A stretch of DNA of 64,000 nucleotides from assembly GCA_964188305.1 (NCBI GenBank), contig OZ076889.1, one strand, 5' to 3'. This stretch comes from Podarcis bocagei (Eukaryota). The position numbers were made by a program, and so were the translations under genes. The notes below the pieces were generated by a model, which ran no database searches, was not told where the DNA came from, and worked only from the letters and a program-made list of their open reading frames with translations. Each line of letters starts with the position of its first letter. The first letter of the stretch is position 1. Below are positions 12,801 through 25,400 of the stretch, in pieces.

Positions 12801-15800
12801 TGGAGTTGCTGGTATATCTCTAGCCATAGTGAGAAGAAGGCAGAAGAGGATGTTAAATTCAAGGTGTGAAGAGAGAGAAGACTTCAGTTACGTTTCCCAT
12901 TTGGTGAGAGATTGGTTGCAGGAGACAGAATGTATTTGGAATCGAATAGGTTCCTTCCTCGTTCTAATGGGGAAATGACCAAACTGGTTTGTAATGAATT
13001 CTTGTAAATAGACGAGCAGGAGAAACTCCTGAAGAGAAAACCTCTATGCCAGGTTTTACACCAAAAAACACCATAACATTATAGAATCACTCAAAGGGAG
13101 GGTTAAGCGCAGAAAATCGCCACTCACTTGCACTTAACTGTAGTATCACAAATGCAGCGCCATAATCATGGGACACAGGGGTGTCTGAACAGCACTTGGA
13201 TTGCATAGTAATAATAATAATAATATAGTACTTCCAAAAATTGCCTGAATAGTGAGAAATACACTACAATCTACAAAGCCAAGTTATACAAATGGGTGCT
13301 TTACGATGGGTGTTCCATCTCTTTTGTTACTGCCAGAGAATAACTATGGTTCCTTTTGGGATGAAAGGTTCTATATAAAGGGAAGGTGTTATTACAATCA
13401 TTACTACTATTATTGAAATGCAAAACTTGTGTGTAATAAGCAAGTATATATAAAATTTCACAGTCAGCCTATAAAGGTAACCTATTAATGCAGCTCAAAT
13501 GTAGCATTTCCCCCTCCAATTGCCACAATAATGGTGAAATGATCCACCCACAAGTGTCTTATAAAAGCTATACACACCTCAAAAGGAGTATAATTCATGC
13601 GCAAACTATCATGCAATCAATGATAAAACCCTGAAAAGCACACATTCCTGGAGGGTGAGCAGAGGGCAAAATGATGGGTCCCTGTGACCCGCCTGGAAGA
13701 TCTAGTGCTTGAGGTTTGAGATTTACAGTGAAATCTATCTTCCCCTGAGAAGGTGTAAAGACAGATTAAAAAGATAGACATGATTTTGATATTCCTAGGC
13801 TCATAATTATTTATGTTTGCACTGATCCTTGTTAGGCTTAGCCAACATTCCTTCTGAACATAAGGACTCAAAGGCTGCAATCAATAAATCTCTTAATCCC
13901 ATAGAGAAATCATTGAATTTACTCAGGAGAATTGCCTTATGCAGTGATTGACACTGATCCTAAAAACATTACAGCTGTCTTACAGCATGGAATGGCAGGT
14001 AGTGTAGTTACTACAGTTTCCTGCTGTGGTCATTCTGGCTACACTGTCTGTAACATACCATAGCAATGTAACAGGTGACTACTAATATAGGCACAAAGAT
14101 GGATCCTATATAGATGGCTCCATATTGTCCAAAATGACAGATGAGCCATCCTCAACCCTTTTACTCCCCCACTTCATCATCACAAAACCCTTCACAATGA
14201 CAAAGTGCTGCAGCCCAACATGCACCAAGTAGATGCCCTTCTCTAAGAATAACTTGGCTTAACCATGAAGTAAAGCCTGTTGAGCTGTCAACTCGATTGA
14301 CTTGGGTGCAGTCTATACATACGGCAGAATGACGGGGTAAAATGGACAGAAACAATTCAGATGGGAGGTAGGATGGGAACACATTTTAAGATTCTCCCTT
14401 GTGTTGAAAGCTCACTGCAGGTAGAAAAGTATGGATTAGGGAAAGTTGTACTTATTTATGGGGGGGGGGGAACCCTTGCGTTCTGCTTTCCCCTTCGGAA
14501 ATGGAGTTGCTCCAAGATGTTAACAAGGTGTAAACAGCCATAAAAATAACAACAACAGTAAAATAACATGTTATTAAAACAAATACCAAAACCAACTAGG
14601 TCTAAACACAGCGTCATGAAACAGGGAGGCACGGAGAGCCAGAGCTAACAATAAATAAACTAAATTAAGCAACAGCAGAACCAAAGCCTTGTGGTGCTGT
14701 TGTTTCTCTAAAAAAAGGCATAAAATGCCAGCAGAACACAAACAGAGAGGAAGATAACCTAATCTCTTGAGGCAGGGAGTTCCATATGTGGCACACTGCC
14801 ACAGGAAAAGCCCTCTTGCATGTGCCTCAAAAGGCAGTGCTACATGTAGTACATGTCATTTTTTTACTTACAGGAAGTTTCTGAAATGGTACTACCCAGA
14901 ATCCCGTCAGCCCAGTCTACCACCTCATCTCACTGCATGAGTAGCCCCGTCTTTACTTCAGAGCGAGGGGAGGGGGGCAGAATTCCACATATTGATTAGG
15001 ACTAACAAGCCAAATCTTTGACTGCAGGCCTCTAGTTATTAAAGTACAAAGCTAAGCACTCAGCTGGCCTAGAAGATGACATGATTCCTACGTCAAGCTG
15101 TTAATCTATAGAACAAAGGCCACTATTTACCTTTATTAAAACTTCAAAGTACCCTTCAGCATTCACAGGAGTAATTGGAGTATAGGCTCTCTGAACCTCC
15201 AAACCATTCACTAGTCCTCTGAGGAAGGAAAAAAGAGAGAGAGAAAGAAAGATAGAGGAAGAGAACCCTGATCTGAATCCCTTACAATTCCTGTCAGCAA
15301 AGTACTGCTCTCTCAGCAAAGGCTGCTGCCTGAAAAGCACTGCAGGTATCCTTCCTCCTTCCCCATGGGCTGTCCTTTGCCAAGCCAGACAATAGATCAT
15401 TCCCTCCCATTTTGCAGTGAAATCACAGAGATTCAAGGCATTGAAATAACCTCAGATTTCTCTGTCACACACCTCCCTTAACAATCCTTCCCTTTCCTGG
15501 GGCCAGATGAGCTACATGGCCAGCCTAGCTATTTTGTGAAATATAGCTATGTTGCTCACAGAGTAAGGGAATTATAGAACTATACTAAGGGGGGGGGATT
15601 ATAAATGGTCTTGGACAGATAGTGAATACATGGAAATAATATTAACAAACCAAACCCACACTCATAAAATTTTGAATTTGGGAATGCTCCCAACTAAATG
15701 TGCAGAAAGAATAACTTAAACAGCCATGCAAAATCAGACCTATCTCACAAATGTTGCACAGAGGTCAATGATACTACTCCTAGGCTTAATCCATTGTATT

Positions 15801-18800
15801 CCTACATGTGTTGGAAGGAGCCCGGAATGAACCATGCTGCTGTCGTGGTGCTGGCAACTTCACCCAGTTTATAGAAACTGACTTAATCACAGTCATCTTA
15901 AAAGTCCAAAAATGACTTGGGAAGCAATGTACCTCTTGGCTTCCACTGCCAATCAATTGTACATCAACAACAGACAACTTTTCAACTCAGAATAGTCAAT
16001 TCTTTTATCCTTAATGAAGTTTTGTGAGGCATCTAGCTGTTACAGTGACGTGGAGGATATATAGTGAACTCTAAAAATTTCCAACAGCAGCTTTATTAAT
16101 CTGTTTTCAGTGGGCGTTAGGCCTTTCGGATAGATGCTCAGTGTGATATTATGGTCCTCCCACAAAGGTCCAGGAGATTCTTTGGAATCTTGATTTTATG
16201 TTGTATGTTGCATACGTGATTGTAAAATTTTAATCTGAAAAGCCAAATAAACAAGTTTTTAAAAAGAAAGATATTATGGTCAGGGTGTTGGTGTTGGACC
16301 ACAGAATCTAGAGACTGCACCATCATTCAGTTATAAGGTTCACTTGGGAAACTTTGATCAGTCACGCTAACTTATTTCACAGAGTTACTGGGAGGGCAAA
16401 ATGTTCCCACATACCTTAGAGCAGGCATGGCCAAACTCGGCCCTCCAGATGTTTTGGGACTACAACTCCCACCACCCCTAGCTAACAGGATCAGTGGTCA
16501 GGGATGATGGGAATTGTAGTCCCAAAACATCTGGAGAGCCGAGCTTGGCCATGCCTGTCTTAGAGGAAGGGTGGGATACAAAGGTAACTCATAACATAAA
16601 TAATATGAAAGGTGGCTCTGTACTGCAATGGGCATAACTTCCTCAGGGGGAAAAGTTAATATACTTTCCCTATGTGTTGGTACGTGACGATCATTCCAAT
16701 ACACATTTGCTTTTCACCTTTTCCCTTTCTGTAAATTGGCTTTCTTACCCACACTTAATTTTTCTGCCTCCAATACAACTAAAATGGAAGGAAAAGCAAG
16801 TGTAGGTTAGCATATACCATAAAATTAACAAGGTTAATAAGCTCAGTGAGCTCACAAGTTCTTTCAACAGATCCAATCTGGGAGCACAGAAATTATGATT
16901 TACTTGGCATGAAATCTTTGTAGCTCAACAACAACAAAAAGAAAGTTAAATCACATACTGAGGCCTGTTTAACTAGAGACTTAGTACAGTACCTTAGCAC
17001 AATATGTTGTCCCAAACTCAACCCTAGGCTGCTATTTCCAGGCAATTCAAATTTATACTGGTAGGTGTCCTCTGTCAGCTGATCCACAGAGCTTATGATG
17101 AAAGCTGTAAACGTTTCTGGAGTTAGTTCTGAATTACTACACTGCAAAAGCAACAATAAATAATTACAAGGTTAAGCAATGCCACCCTCTTTTCTTTTTT
17201 TAAAAAAAATGTGAGTGAATTCTGCCATGGTGAAACATGTTACTGCAAAACACACACAAAGAGCCTGCCACACACACAAATTTTAAAGACTGAATACATC
17301 TGGTCTCAATAAAGTGTTAATTCAGTAAGTAATTATTTGTGAAGTCCCATTTTAATCTGCTTGCCTTTTTTACAATTATGACCATAACAATATGCTGATA
17401 ATGATTTTGGAAGGTGAGAAACTAAAGGTATCTCCACACAGAAATAGTAATAGCATTCCCAAAAGATGATGGAAGGCCATCTAGGAGGTAATCTTCTACC
17501 TATCTCAAGGAACGGATGGGCATTCCTCCTTAGTTTGCAGTCTCTCTCAAAAGCAATTTCTTATTTTTCTCCAGACCTCCCACTAGGGCTGCCGTCTTTC
17601 TTCCTTTGCAAAACTCCAGCGCTTTTAACAGCTCCATGTCTGCAAGAATTACATGAGCGAAGCTTCTCACAGTACAAAGATCCAGGGAAGAGAATAGCTT
17701 ATTTGGGCCTCCAGGCAATCTTTAGAAGCAAATTTTGCATTACCAATTTGTTCAAGACATGTTTTATCTTTTTCAGGGCACGTGAGCCATTCATTGTGTG
17801 GCCCCTGAATTTGATTGAAGTCTCAAGACTTCAGATTTGGAACAAGGAATAATAAAGAAAAGCACCTCTGAGCATGTGCCTCAGCCTTAGCCCTGGCACA
17901 TCAAAATGGCTTCCAGGCCAGTGGAAAGGGCTTCCAAGCAGGCTTGAACCTTAATACCTATCATTTCAAATATTAAAAAAGCACTTCTCTTTGTTTCTTC
18001 ATTTCCTTGTTCTCATTTTCCCAGCATGCATTTCACAACCCTATGCGTTTTTAGTCTGAAGTAGGACCCATTGCGTTCAATGGGGCTTAGTCTCAATGGG
18101 ATCGGCACCTCAGTTCCTAGCATCCTTTCTCAGGTATTACTCCAATAAGCAACATCATATTTTAAAGGGATTTGTGCTTGCCCTCAGTTGTTGGGTGCTT
18201 GAGGTGCGTTAACAGAATTGGAGAAAGCCCAGATGGCACAATGGGATAAAACTGAATTATGAGTAAGTTGTGATGTTCATCAATATGAGAGATGCTAGAA
18301 AGGAATGTATTCTCCTGCATGGATTACTATATATTTTCTTGCATTTAAAATGTAATGTTAATTAAGCTTACATATTTTACTGCTTTTTATTGGAGCAAAA
18401 ATACTTGCAAGATTTATTGGGAAGACAATATGGCAGCAAACTATAATTACAAATATTAAAGTGGGAAATTTGATGAGTGTTATAAAACACTTTTTCTAAT
18501 AATTCTGCATTCAAGAGACTGACAGGAGAGAAACAAGTCAAAGACATAAACTTTTTGAAACATACTCATATTAAACTTCTAATTAGATATAAAAAGGACA
18601 AAATACTGTTTTGGAAAGTAACTGCAAAGTAACCATGTCTCCTCATAAATAAGGCCTACTGAATTCAGTGGGGCTTACTCCCAGGTGTGTGGGGTTAGAA
18701 TTGCAGCCTAAATAGATATACCTGAACGTACAGTAGATCAATTTGAAATCAATGGGATCTATTTACAAGGGAGGGGGATAGGACCCAGATGAAATATTAA

Positions 18801-18997
18801 CATAATTTTAAGATTTCTACTTGCTGTTTCTTCCTTGTCAGGAGGCTTCTGTCTTTTTTTGCCTTGGCCTTTTCCCACTGCTCCAGCTCGTCCTGATACG
18901 TGTCATAGACACAAGGTTTGCAGCCACTACCACAGCACTGGGATGGCAATGGCTCTTTGGGCTTGAGAGACAGCCAGTCATCTTCACTATCATCCAT
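9642..18997 (-). CDS. CYB5RL: Cytochrome b5 reductase-like, complete spliced CDS: join complement(18821..18997,16993..17141,15131..15218,11411..11515,10326..10529,9642..9845), 927 nt, 308 aa
   Basis: Six GT-AG exons with matching phases. N-terminal oxidoreductase-like Cys motif PLPSQCCGSGCKPCVYD, FAD motif RAYTP, NAD motif ASGTGLAPM, C-terminal LICGS...YFIF*. Synteny with MRPL37 and SSBP3. Confidence 0.95.
10326..10529 (-). CDS. CYB5RL: CYB5RL coding exon 5 (YGELLMLASGTGLAPM...YVLSQ)
   Basis: cattttcag|TAT ... CAG|gtaata; 204 nt; NAD-binding GTG motif. Confidence 0.94.
11411..11515 (-). CDS. CYB5RL: CYB5RL coding exon 4 (CYEDGLMSQYVKSW...GPFGGFPYSANQ)
   Basis: ttctttacaag|TGC ... CAA|gtaaag; 105 nt; GxMS motif. 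Confidence 0.92.
12157..12305 (+). mobile_element. tRNA-Lys(CTT)-headed SINE with CR1-derived 3' tail
   Basis: 12157-12229 aligns to tRNA-Lys(CTT) (gctcagtcagtagagcatgagactcttaatctcagggtc..ggttcaagtcccac); tail ggactagatgac...gtcccttccagctctacagttctatgattcta matches the CR1 3' end. Confidence 0.85.
12431..12560. mobile_element. Inverted pair of Penelope-like short repeat fragments, interrupted by a MITE
   Basis: gcaccttaaag...ggcataagatttcatgga arm and reverse-complement arm tccatgaaagcttatgcc...cttcaagg(tgctac); family assignment from recall. Confidence 0.5.
12561..12650. mobile_element. 90-bp MITE, copy 1
   Basis: 13-bp TIR CATAGCTGTCAAC/GTTGACAGCTATG; flanks cttcaagg/attcaagc; 84/90 identical to the reverse complement of 50589-50678. 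Confidence 0.85.
15131..15218 (-). CDS. CYB5RL: CYB5RL coding exon 3 (GLVNGLEVQRAYTPITPVNAEGYFEVLIK)
   Basis: ttcctcag|A ... AAG|gtaaat; 88 nt; RxYT FAD-binding motif. Confidence 0.93.
16422..16557. mobile_element. Palindromic hAT-type MITE (136 bp)
   Basis: Long TIRs CAGGCATGGCCAA.../...TTGGCCATGCCTG; 8-bp TSD ccttagag/tcttagag. Decayed relatives near 26600-26710, 28940-29047, 31040-31130 and 54815-54930. Confidence 0.88.
16993..17141 (-). CDS. CYB5RL: CYB5RL coding exon 2 (CSNSELTPETF...GQHIVLR)
   Basis: cttttgcag|TGT ... AG|gtactg; 149 nt. Confidence 0.92.
18821..18997 (-). CDS. CYB5RL: CYB5RL coding exon 1 (MDDSEDDWLSLKPKEPLPSQCCGSGCKPCVYD...RKKQQ)
   Basis: Acceptor ttttctag 3 nt before ATG (exon starts 19000); donor CAA|gtagaa; 177 coding nt, phase 0. 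Confidence 0.92.
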
Positions 18998-19749
18998 TAT
19001 CTAGAAAATATAACACTCAGTTTCAAACTGTTGGATGGAGATGATCTGTCCCTACCACAACCAACATGTATTTTAGCACATTCTAGCTGAATTCCTTGCT
19101 TGGAAGCACTTCATTTTTTATTGATAATGTTAATATTACTTGTAAACCTCTTAAGAAATTTTGTTACGACCAAGCAGTAAATAAATCTTGTTAAATTTAA
19201 CACTTATATCTGTTTTTAATCTATTTTTGGAATATTGTTATTTTTAAGTTTTGGTATATTACTACAGTATTTGTTATTTTGCTTCATGATATACACATGT
19301 AATCAACTGTAACCTTCTACAGCATCATACTTTACTTTGGATTGATGGTGCAGGTCCTATCCCTTAGAAACAGGTTAAACAGGTCATTTTTCCTCCTTCC
19401 AACTCTCTACAGAAGCAAAGGCGTCAAAGAGAATGTAAAATCTGTTGTCCCAACAGCGAAAATGTCGAGGCTGTGGATCCTGTCCCCAGTATGTTTTAGG
19501 AGCTAAACCTCTGTAAACCTGATCAGAGTTCAGTATGTCATCCTTTCGTATAATGTGGTTGTTTTAGGAAAAACTATCTTGCTGGACTCTTCTGAAGTTA
19601 CATAATCAGGGGAGGCTGACAGTTTTACATGTACACATTTACATTAAAAAATCCAATCTGGATGCATTCACAAACTAGCTAAGAGCCATATTGGGGTTGT
19701 GGCTACAGATGTCTATGCACCTTGCCTTACATAAAAATGAGTACAGTAA

Positions 19750-19997
19750 TGGCCACCAACTTTACAAACAGGTTTAGACAAACTCATGTGGGATAAGACT
19801 ATCGATTGCCACTAATCATGATGGCTGTGTTCCACCTCCAGCATCACAGGCTGCATATCTCTAAATAGCACTTGCTGGGAAACATGAGCAAGGAGTATTG
19901 TGGCACTCATGTCCTTTCCAAAGACATTTGGCTGGCCACTGTGAGAACAGGACGATGACCTTCATTTCATCCAGTACAGCTCTTCTTTATGTTCTTA
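19750..19997 (+). mobile_element. Old CR1-type 3' end fragment
   Basis: ttagacaaa.tcatg...ggccactgtgagaacagga...ttatgttctta terminus; related copy at ~60890-61125. Confidence 0.55.
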
Positions 19998-20897
19998 AGA
20001 TCAAAATGTACAGGCCAGGAGGATTCTGGGAGTTGTATTAAGCACCATTAACAATATATGCCAACTTCCCATATTTTCCAGGTACAGTCTTGATAAATTA
20101 CACCCTTGATCAATTACAGTCCATATTAACATTATCAGCTTTTTAAACAAAAAGGCAGGAAATGGATAGAATCAATTAATATTTTCATTAGCACATATGC
20201 ACAAGGTAAGTCGTTCTTAAGATTTCTAGTCAGAATGTTAATGTGAGGGAGGGACAAGAGCTGTTTGCAAATGATCCCAAGTTCAGCCATTGGCATTTAC
20301 TGGTAAGCTGAGAAAGTCCCTTGTCTGGAACACTGGAGCGATGCTCAGTGCAAAAGATATTGAACTAGATGGACCAATGGCTCTGACTTGTAAGGCAGTT
20401 TTCTATGTCCCGTTTTCCACTAAGCAGTGCTAGGAGGGTTATTATTTGACCAGTCCCATTAATGCTACAAACATCGATGGCGGTGGCACATCAAGAACAG
20501 AAAGTTGTGTGGTTCTGATTATAGCTTAAATTCAGGTCCACACTCCTGCCTACTTTCCTGTGTTGTGCTGCTGCCTCTGCCCTTGCTTGGTAGGTCAGAG
20601 GCAAAACTACCTAAAGGTGTGTGGCGTGGGCTGGCTTTGTATAAGGTAATGTGACCGGGAAGGGACACCCAGGTTCAAATCGCTGCTTATTCACAAAGCT
20701 CACTGGGTGATCTTGGCCCCATAACCCTCCCTGCCACCTACCTTACAGGGCTGTTGTGAGGAGACAGTGGCTGTTGTGAGCATATTATATATGCTGCTCT
20801 AGAAGAGGGATAGGGTATAAATGATGCACCGTAGTGTGCATCATTTATGTCTGTAGGCCTGTCACTGCCTCTCAGCCTAATTTACGTTAGAGGTTCT

Positions 20898-21070
20898 AGT
20901 TACAGGTAGGTAGCCGTGTTGGTCTGCCGTAGTTGAAACAAAATAAAAAAATTCCTTCCCGTAGCACCTTAGAGACCAACTAAGTTTGTTATTGGTATGA
21001 GCTTTCATGCGCATGCACACTTCTGAAGAACCAACTGTCTCTAAGGTGCTACTAGATGGATTTTTTTTAT
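20898..21070. mobile_element. Penelope-like short repeat with inverted partial copy
   Basis: gtagccgtgttggtctg...gtagcaccttagagacc followed by reverse-complement gtctctaaggtgctac. Confidence 0.5.
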
Positions 21071-21459
21071 TTTGTTACCTTGGGTTGTTGTGGGGATTGA
21101 GTAGAACTGTGTATGCCGCCTTGAGATACTTGGGGGGGGGTATAAATGCAATAAATAATGACATGAGGGGCAGGAGAAACTAATCGAATTGTTTGGACTT
21201 TGGCTTGCATTGGCAGCCCATGAACAAGGAGCCTCTCTCTCTCTGCAGGCTCAGCGCCCCTCGATCTCCCCCATATGGAAGCTGCTCTACACCAAGCCGG
21301 GCCATGGGGGGCCACCAAGCTCAGCCCCTGCTGCCACCCTCCAGCGCTTCCAGCAGCGATGCCCTACCTGGAGACGGGAAGGAGTGAAACCAAGACCTTT
21401 CGCATGCAAAACGTGGACAGTCAAAGGTGCTTTAATCGCAGCAGAGCAAGGTGTGGTTG

Positions 21460-22480
21460 TTACGGGGGTTAAATGAGGACGCGGGAGAACCATGCACACC
21501 GCCCGGAGCTGGGGGGCTCCAAGTGCAACAAGCGCCGTGCAATGGCAATGCCCCTCCGTTGCGAAAGCGCCGCGTCCCCTGGAGAAAAGGGCAGGATTAG
21601 TCGCCACGTTGCGAGGCGGGACGCTGTTCTTCTGCCTTTGAGGGAACTGGAGGCGCTTCCACCGGCTGCGTCATGGGCAGGGAGAGCCACCGTCGGTCCC
21701 CTCAACGGCGAACCCCCGACCCGCTTCCCTCCCACGCCGGGCCCAGACGAGCGCCGAGTTTGCGCGGTGGGGAAGCGGCCCGCTGTCCATCACAACATAG
21801 CCCCGCCCCTCTACCCGGCATGCGCTTCGGAGGCGGAAAGAAAATGGCTGCGGCCGCCAGCGGGCGGTGAGGTGTCTGTGAGGGGACTCGGCGACGTGGA
21901 GCGGAGGCAGCGATGCTGGCCGTACGGCTGCCCGCCCAGCGGGCGCAGTGCTGGGCGCTTTGCGGGCACCGCCGCGCCAAATTCACCTACGGGCCGAAGC
22001 GTCCTCGGGAGCCGCTGCCCCGCACCCCGTGGACGGTGCGCGGGCCGCCGCCGGGCGCGCCGTTGCCTTGGTACTTACGCAAAGTGCCTCCGGTGCGGGA
22101 GCAGCTTCCCGAGCTCGACGTGGTGACGTACGAGGGGAAGCTGCACCGCGTGCCATGGCTGGCCAAGCCTCGTCACCCCAAGTGGGAGCGCGGGTGGCAC
22201 GACCCCCGGCACGACGGCGGCCCCCGCTTGGAGGAGATGCCTACTTACAAGCAGCGGCCCTGCTACATCTTCCACCAGCGGACTCGCGTGCTGGAAGGTG
22301 AGGGCTGCCTGCGGGGCCCGCGCTGACCGAGGCTGGTGGGCGGGGAAGGCCGGCCAGCTTCGGGGTGTTTCGTGTCAGGATGGCTTGGGCTCTGAGGGAG
22401 TCCTCGAGGGCAGGCGATGCAGGGGGCGGTGGAAGGAAGAGACCGGCCAGAGGTTGGTGCCTGCGAAGTGACAAGCTGAG
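21460..22480. promoter_or_regulatory. CpG island and bidirectional promoter of MRPL37 (+) and CYB5RL (-)
   Basis: Only strongly CpG/GC-rich kilobase in the window. GC box CCCCGCCCC 21801-21809, NRF1-like GCATGCGC ~21818-21825, YY1-like AAAATGGCTGC 21841-21851. Lies between the divergent genes. Confidence 0.85.
21913..22297 (+). CDS. MRPL37: MRPL37 exon 1 coding part
   Basis: ORF 21913..; ends [13 protein letters not shown]|gtgagg. Confidence 0.88.
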
Positions 22481-25400
22481 CTTGCGTTATGCAGATCAGG
22501 CATTATTAATGGCATGGACATTAATGCAGATCAGGCATCATTAATGGCATGGACACCCAGTCCTGCAGCTTAGAAAAGGCTCTCGGAGTGGACAGTCTCA
22601 GTTTAAAAAAAGGCATGCAGCAACAGCACGTGAGGGGAAAGGGAGCTTGTGTAGAAGTTTTTAAAGGGGCTGTTCTTAATGGCACAGTTCTATAGCTCTG
22701 CCTTTATGGAGATTTTGGCTTCCTAGGTGACAAGCTGTCTCCTCGCTGATGTGGCACTGCTGGCTGTCTGGCTCTTGCTAAAGAGCAGGCCTTTCCCAGA
22801 AGCACTCCACATCGGAGCAGAGCAGGTGACAATGGTCAGCCTAGGAGGCTAGCACAGTCACATGGCTCTTCTCTCAGGCAGCTGCCCCAATGTAAAATTA
22901 TTTAATAAATTTGTTACTTGCTTTATCTTGCCCAGCATCATAATCGTTATTTTCAAAGAAAAGCCCAGTATTTGGAAAGCATAAATACTGTTAAAGGTGG
23001 TAGTTATAAGAAGGCGGGAACTGCAAATTAGTGGACACAAACTTGTTGGGCCACATTGTGCCAGCTTATCTATACTTGTCCAGGTTTTGTTAAGTAATTA
23101 ACTGCAATGCATGCAGCATTTATAAGGTGGTCTTGGTTTTCTGCTCCATTTTGTCTCTAGAATAGCTCTCTCCACCCCGCTCCAAATCTTAAAAAGAATG
23201 GTGGAAAAGTCCTTGTTCTCGTGTAAGAGTGGTTGAAGTGCAAGATGCAGTACTAAATATGCTCACTGGTAATATATTATTTTACTTGAAGGTGTAAAGC
23301 AAGCATTGTGGCTAACCAAGACAAAGCTGACACAAGGTTTACCTTCGCAAATACTTAGCATAATCAATGACCCAGCTAATCAATGTGAAAACCAGGATGA
23401 GAGAGTCCAGAATGCCATTTATCATGCACGCCTCTGGGGTAGCAGTGAGGAGGATGTACCTATAGAAACCTATTGGTAAGTCTTTGGTTCAAGTTTCCTT
23501 TTTTGTTGTTCCATTGTTTGGGACCATTTCTGAAATTGTCATAACAGCTTATATATTTTATTCTTTTAATAAGACAGTTAGCAAACAGTGTGGTGACAAA
23601 TACAGCAGAACTAATAGCCTGGATCAGTTTATGCCTCCTTGCAGAGTAGTGATTCATGCAGAGTTACAGGCAGTTAGTTTTTCATACACCCTAAAAAGTC
23701 AACTTTTGGGGCTGTAAGAATCAAATGTGCTGTCCAGTTTTAATTCAGAAAAAAACATGCTTTCACTATCAAGTGTTTGGGGAACTGTCCTGAGATGTTC
23801 CATGGAGACTGATTCTGTACTCTTGGCCTTTGTATGTGTTTAAATTAAAAACTAGGAAGTTTACTTTTTTATTACTGCACCTCAGATGTGTGTGAGGTAT
23901 TCTACAGAGTACATAAGGACAGGTTTCTGCCCTATTTAGCTTACAGTCAAAAATCTGACATGGGGAAGCAACAGAGGAAGGGGAGACTGGAATGGATGAT
24001 GATTTTGGTTGCATGCAGTTGGGTTTGTTACAGTAAAACATTGAGGGGGTTGTGCCAAAGGCTTTATAGAAAATCTGTGTGTTAAGGAGGGATTTGAAGA
24101 ATAATTACTTCTGCACCTTTGTTCTGAATGAGAACAGCTTATGGATAAGGTTGTGTATGTTCTTTGATTCTGTATAAGTGCAGAATTCACTTTAGAATCT
24201 TGACATGAATTTAAATGAGTTTCTAGTGACTGGCTAAGAAAGATTGAGGAATGACTGCTAAAACATTCAGAATCTATAGGGCAGTAGTGTAGGTTATTAA
24301 CCATACTTAAGGACATAAGAAAATCACACCCAAAATCCAACTAGTCCAATGTCCTGCTATTTACTCTGGCCAATCAGATGCCTCTGGGAAGCTCACAAAC
24401 TCAGCATAAAGGGAATGCCACTCCCCCAGCAACTAGCTTTGGAGGTACATTGGCTATGAATCAGTTTTCTTAAGTCAGTGGTTGGCTTAAGACTGAGTTT
24501 AGCCTCTCCATTTGCCCTGCAAGACTTTTAGCCAAGCTATGTCTACTTGTCCTGTTGGTCAGTAAAGATGTGACTGTGCCAAAAAAGGGGGTTGCAGGCT
24601 CTACTGATTTTCATCATTGGCAGCTCCTGCAAAGCCTGTGTGGCTCTTTTCAAGTTGCAACAAGCAGCTGATCTTAGGTGCTTGCAGAGATCCCTTTAAA
24701 GACCACTGGTTCTGTGCAAGCACATCTGATCACCAGTGCATGCAGAGAGCCATGTGTGGTGTTTTGGATCATTGGGGCTTCAAAGTGCTGCCACTGCTCC
24801 TGCCCGTCAAATTTGGTGATTGGAGGGGTGGGGGAGATAGGGATCTAGCCTGCTTGCCTTGCCTTGCCACTAGCTGCTGATAGACCTAACGTAGCCTTCA
24901 TTAATTTGGCTAGTGGTCTTAATGGCAATGGATTCCATAAATTAATTACACCTTGTAAGAAGAATTACTGTTTTGAATCTACTGCTGATAAATATCTAAT
25001 AATAAAAATTAACTCTCTCCACCTGCATTCGCACCTCCAGTCATCACCCATGACTAGAAGTAGAATAAATTATGCAAAAGGAGACTTGCCATAGAATTTG
25101 GGTTACCTTTTGCACAGAACTATTTTAATGTAGCTCTGCTTATGCCTTTGCACAATATTGTTTCCAGATGATTGCCGGTAACACTGATTGGCTTAATTAT
25201 TGATTCCTGGCATTCTTAATAATGAATACCTGGTGTACTATCCTATGTATAATTAACTGTAACTATAATTTGAAGTTGTGTTAAGGCATTTGGCTGAACA
25301 CATGAATGGTCTTCAGTGTATTTGCCTGCATAGCACTCCCCCTAGCCCCTGACTATTAACGTGTTCAAGTACAGGGAATTTCCACTCATGTGCAAGTGAG

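Noticed and set aside
21868-21870. Selenocysteine recoding of the in-frame TGA upstream of MRPL37
   Set aside because: The MRPL37 3'UTR is only ~100 nt with no SECIS-like structure, and the codon would fall in a targeting peptide.
21473-22126. 217-aa plus-strand ORF and other overlapping ORFs in the CpG island
   Set aside because: Arg/Pro/Ala-rich by-product of high GC; overlaps MRPL37 exon 1 out of frame; no recognisable domain.
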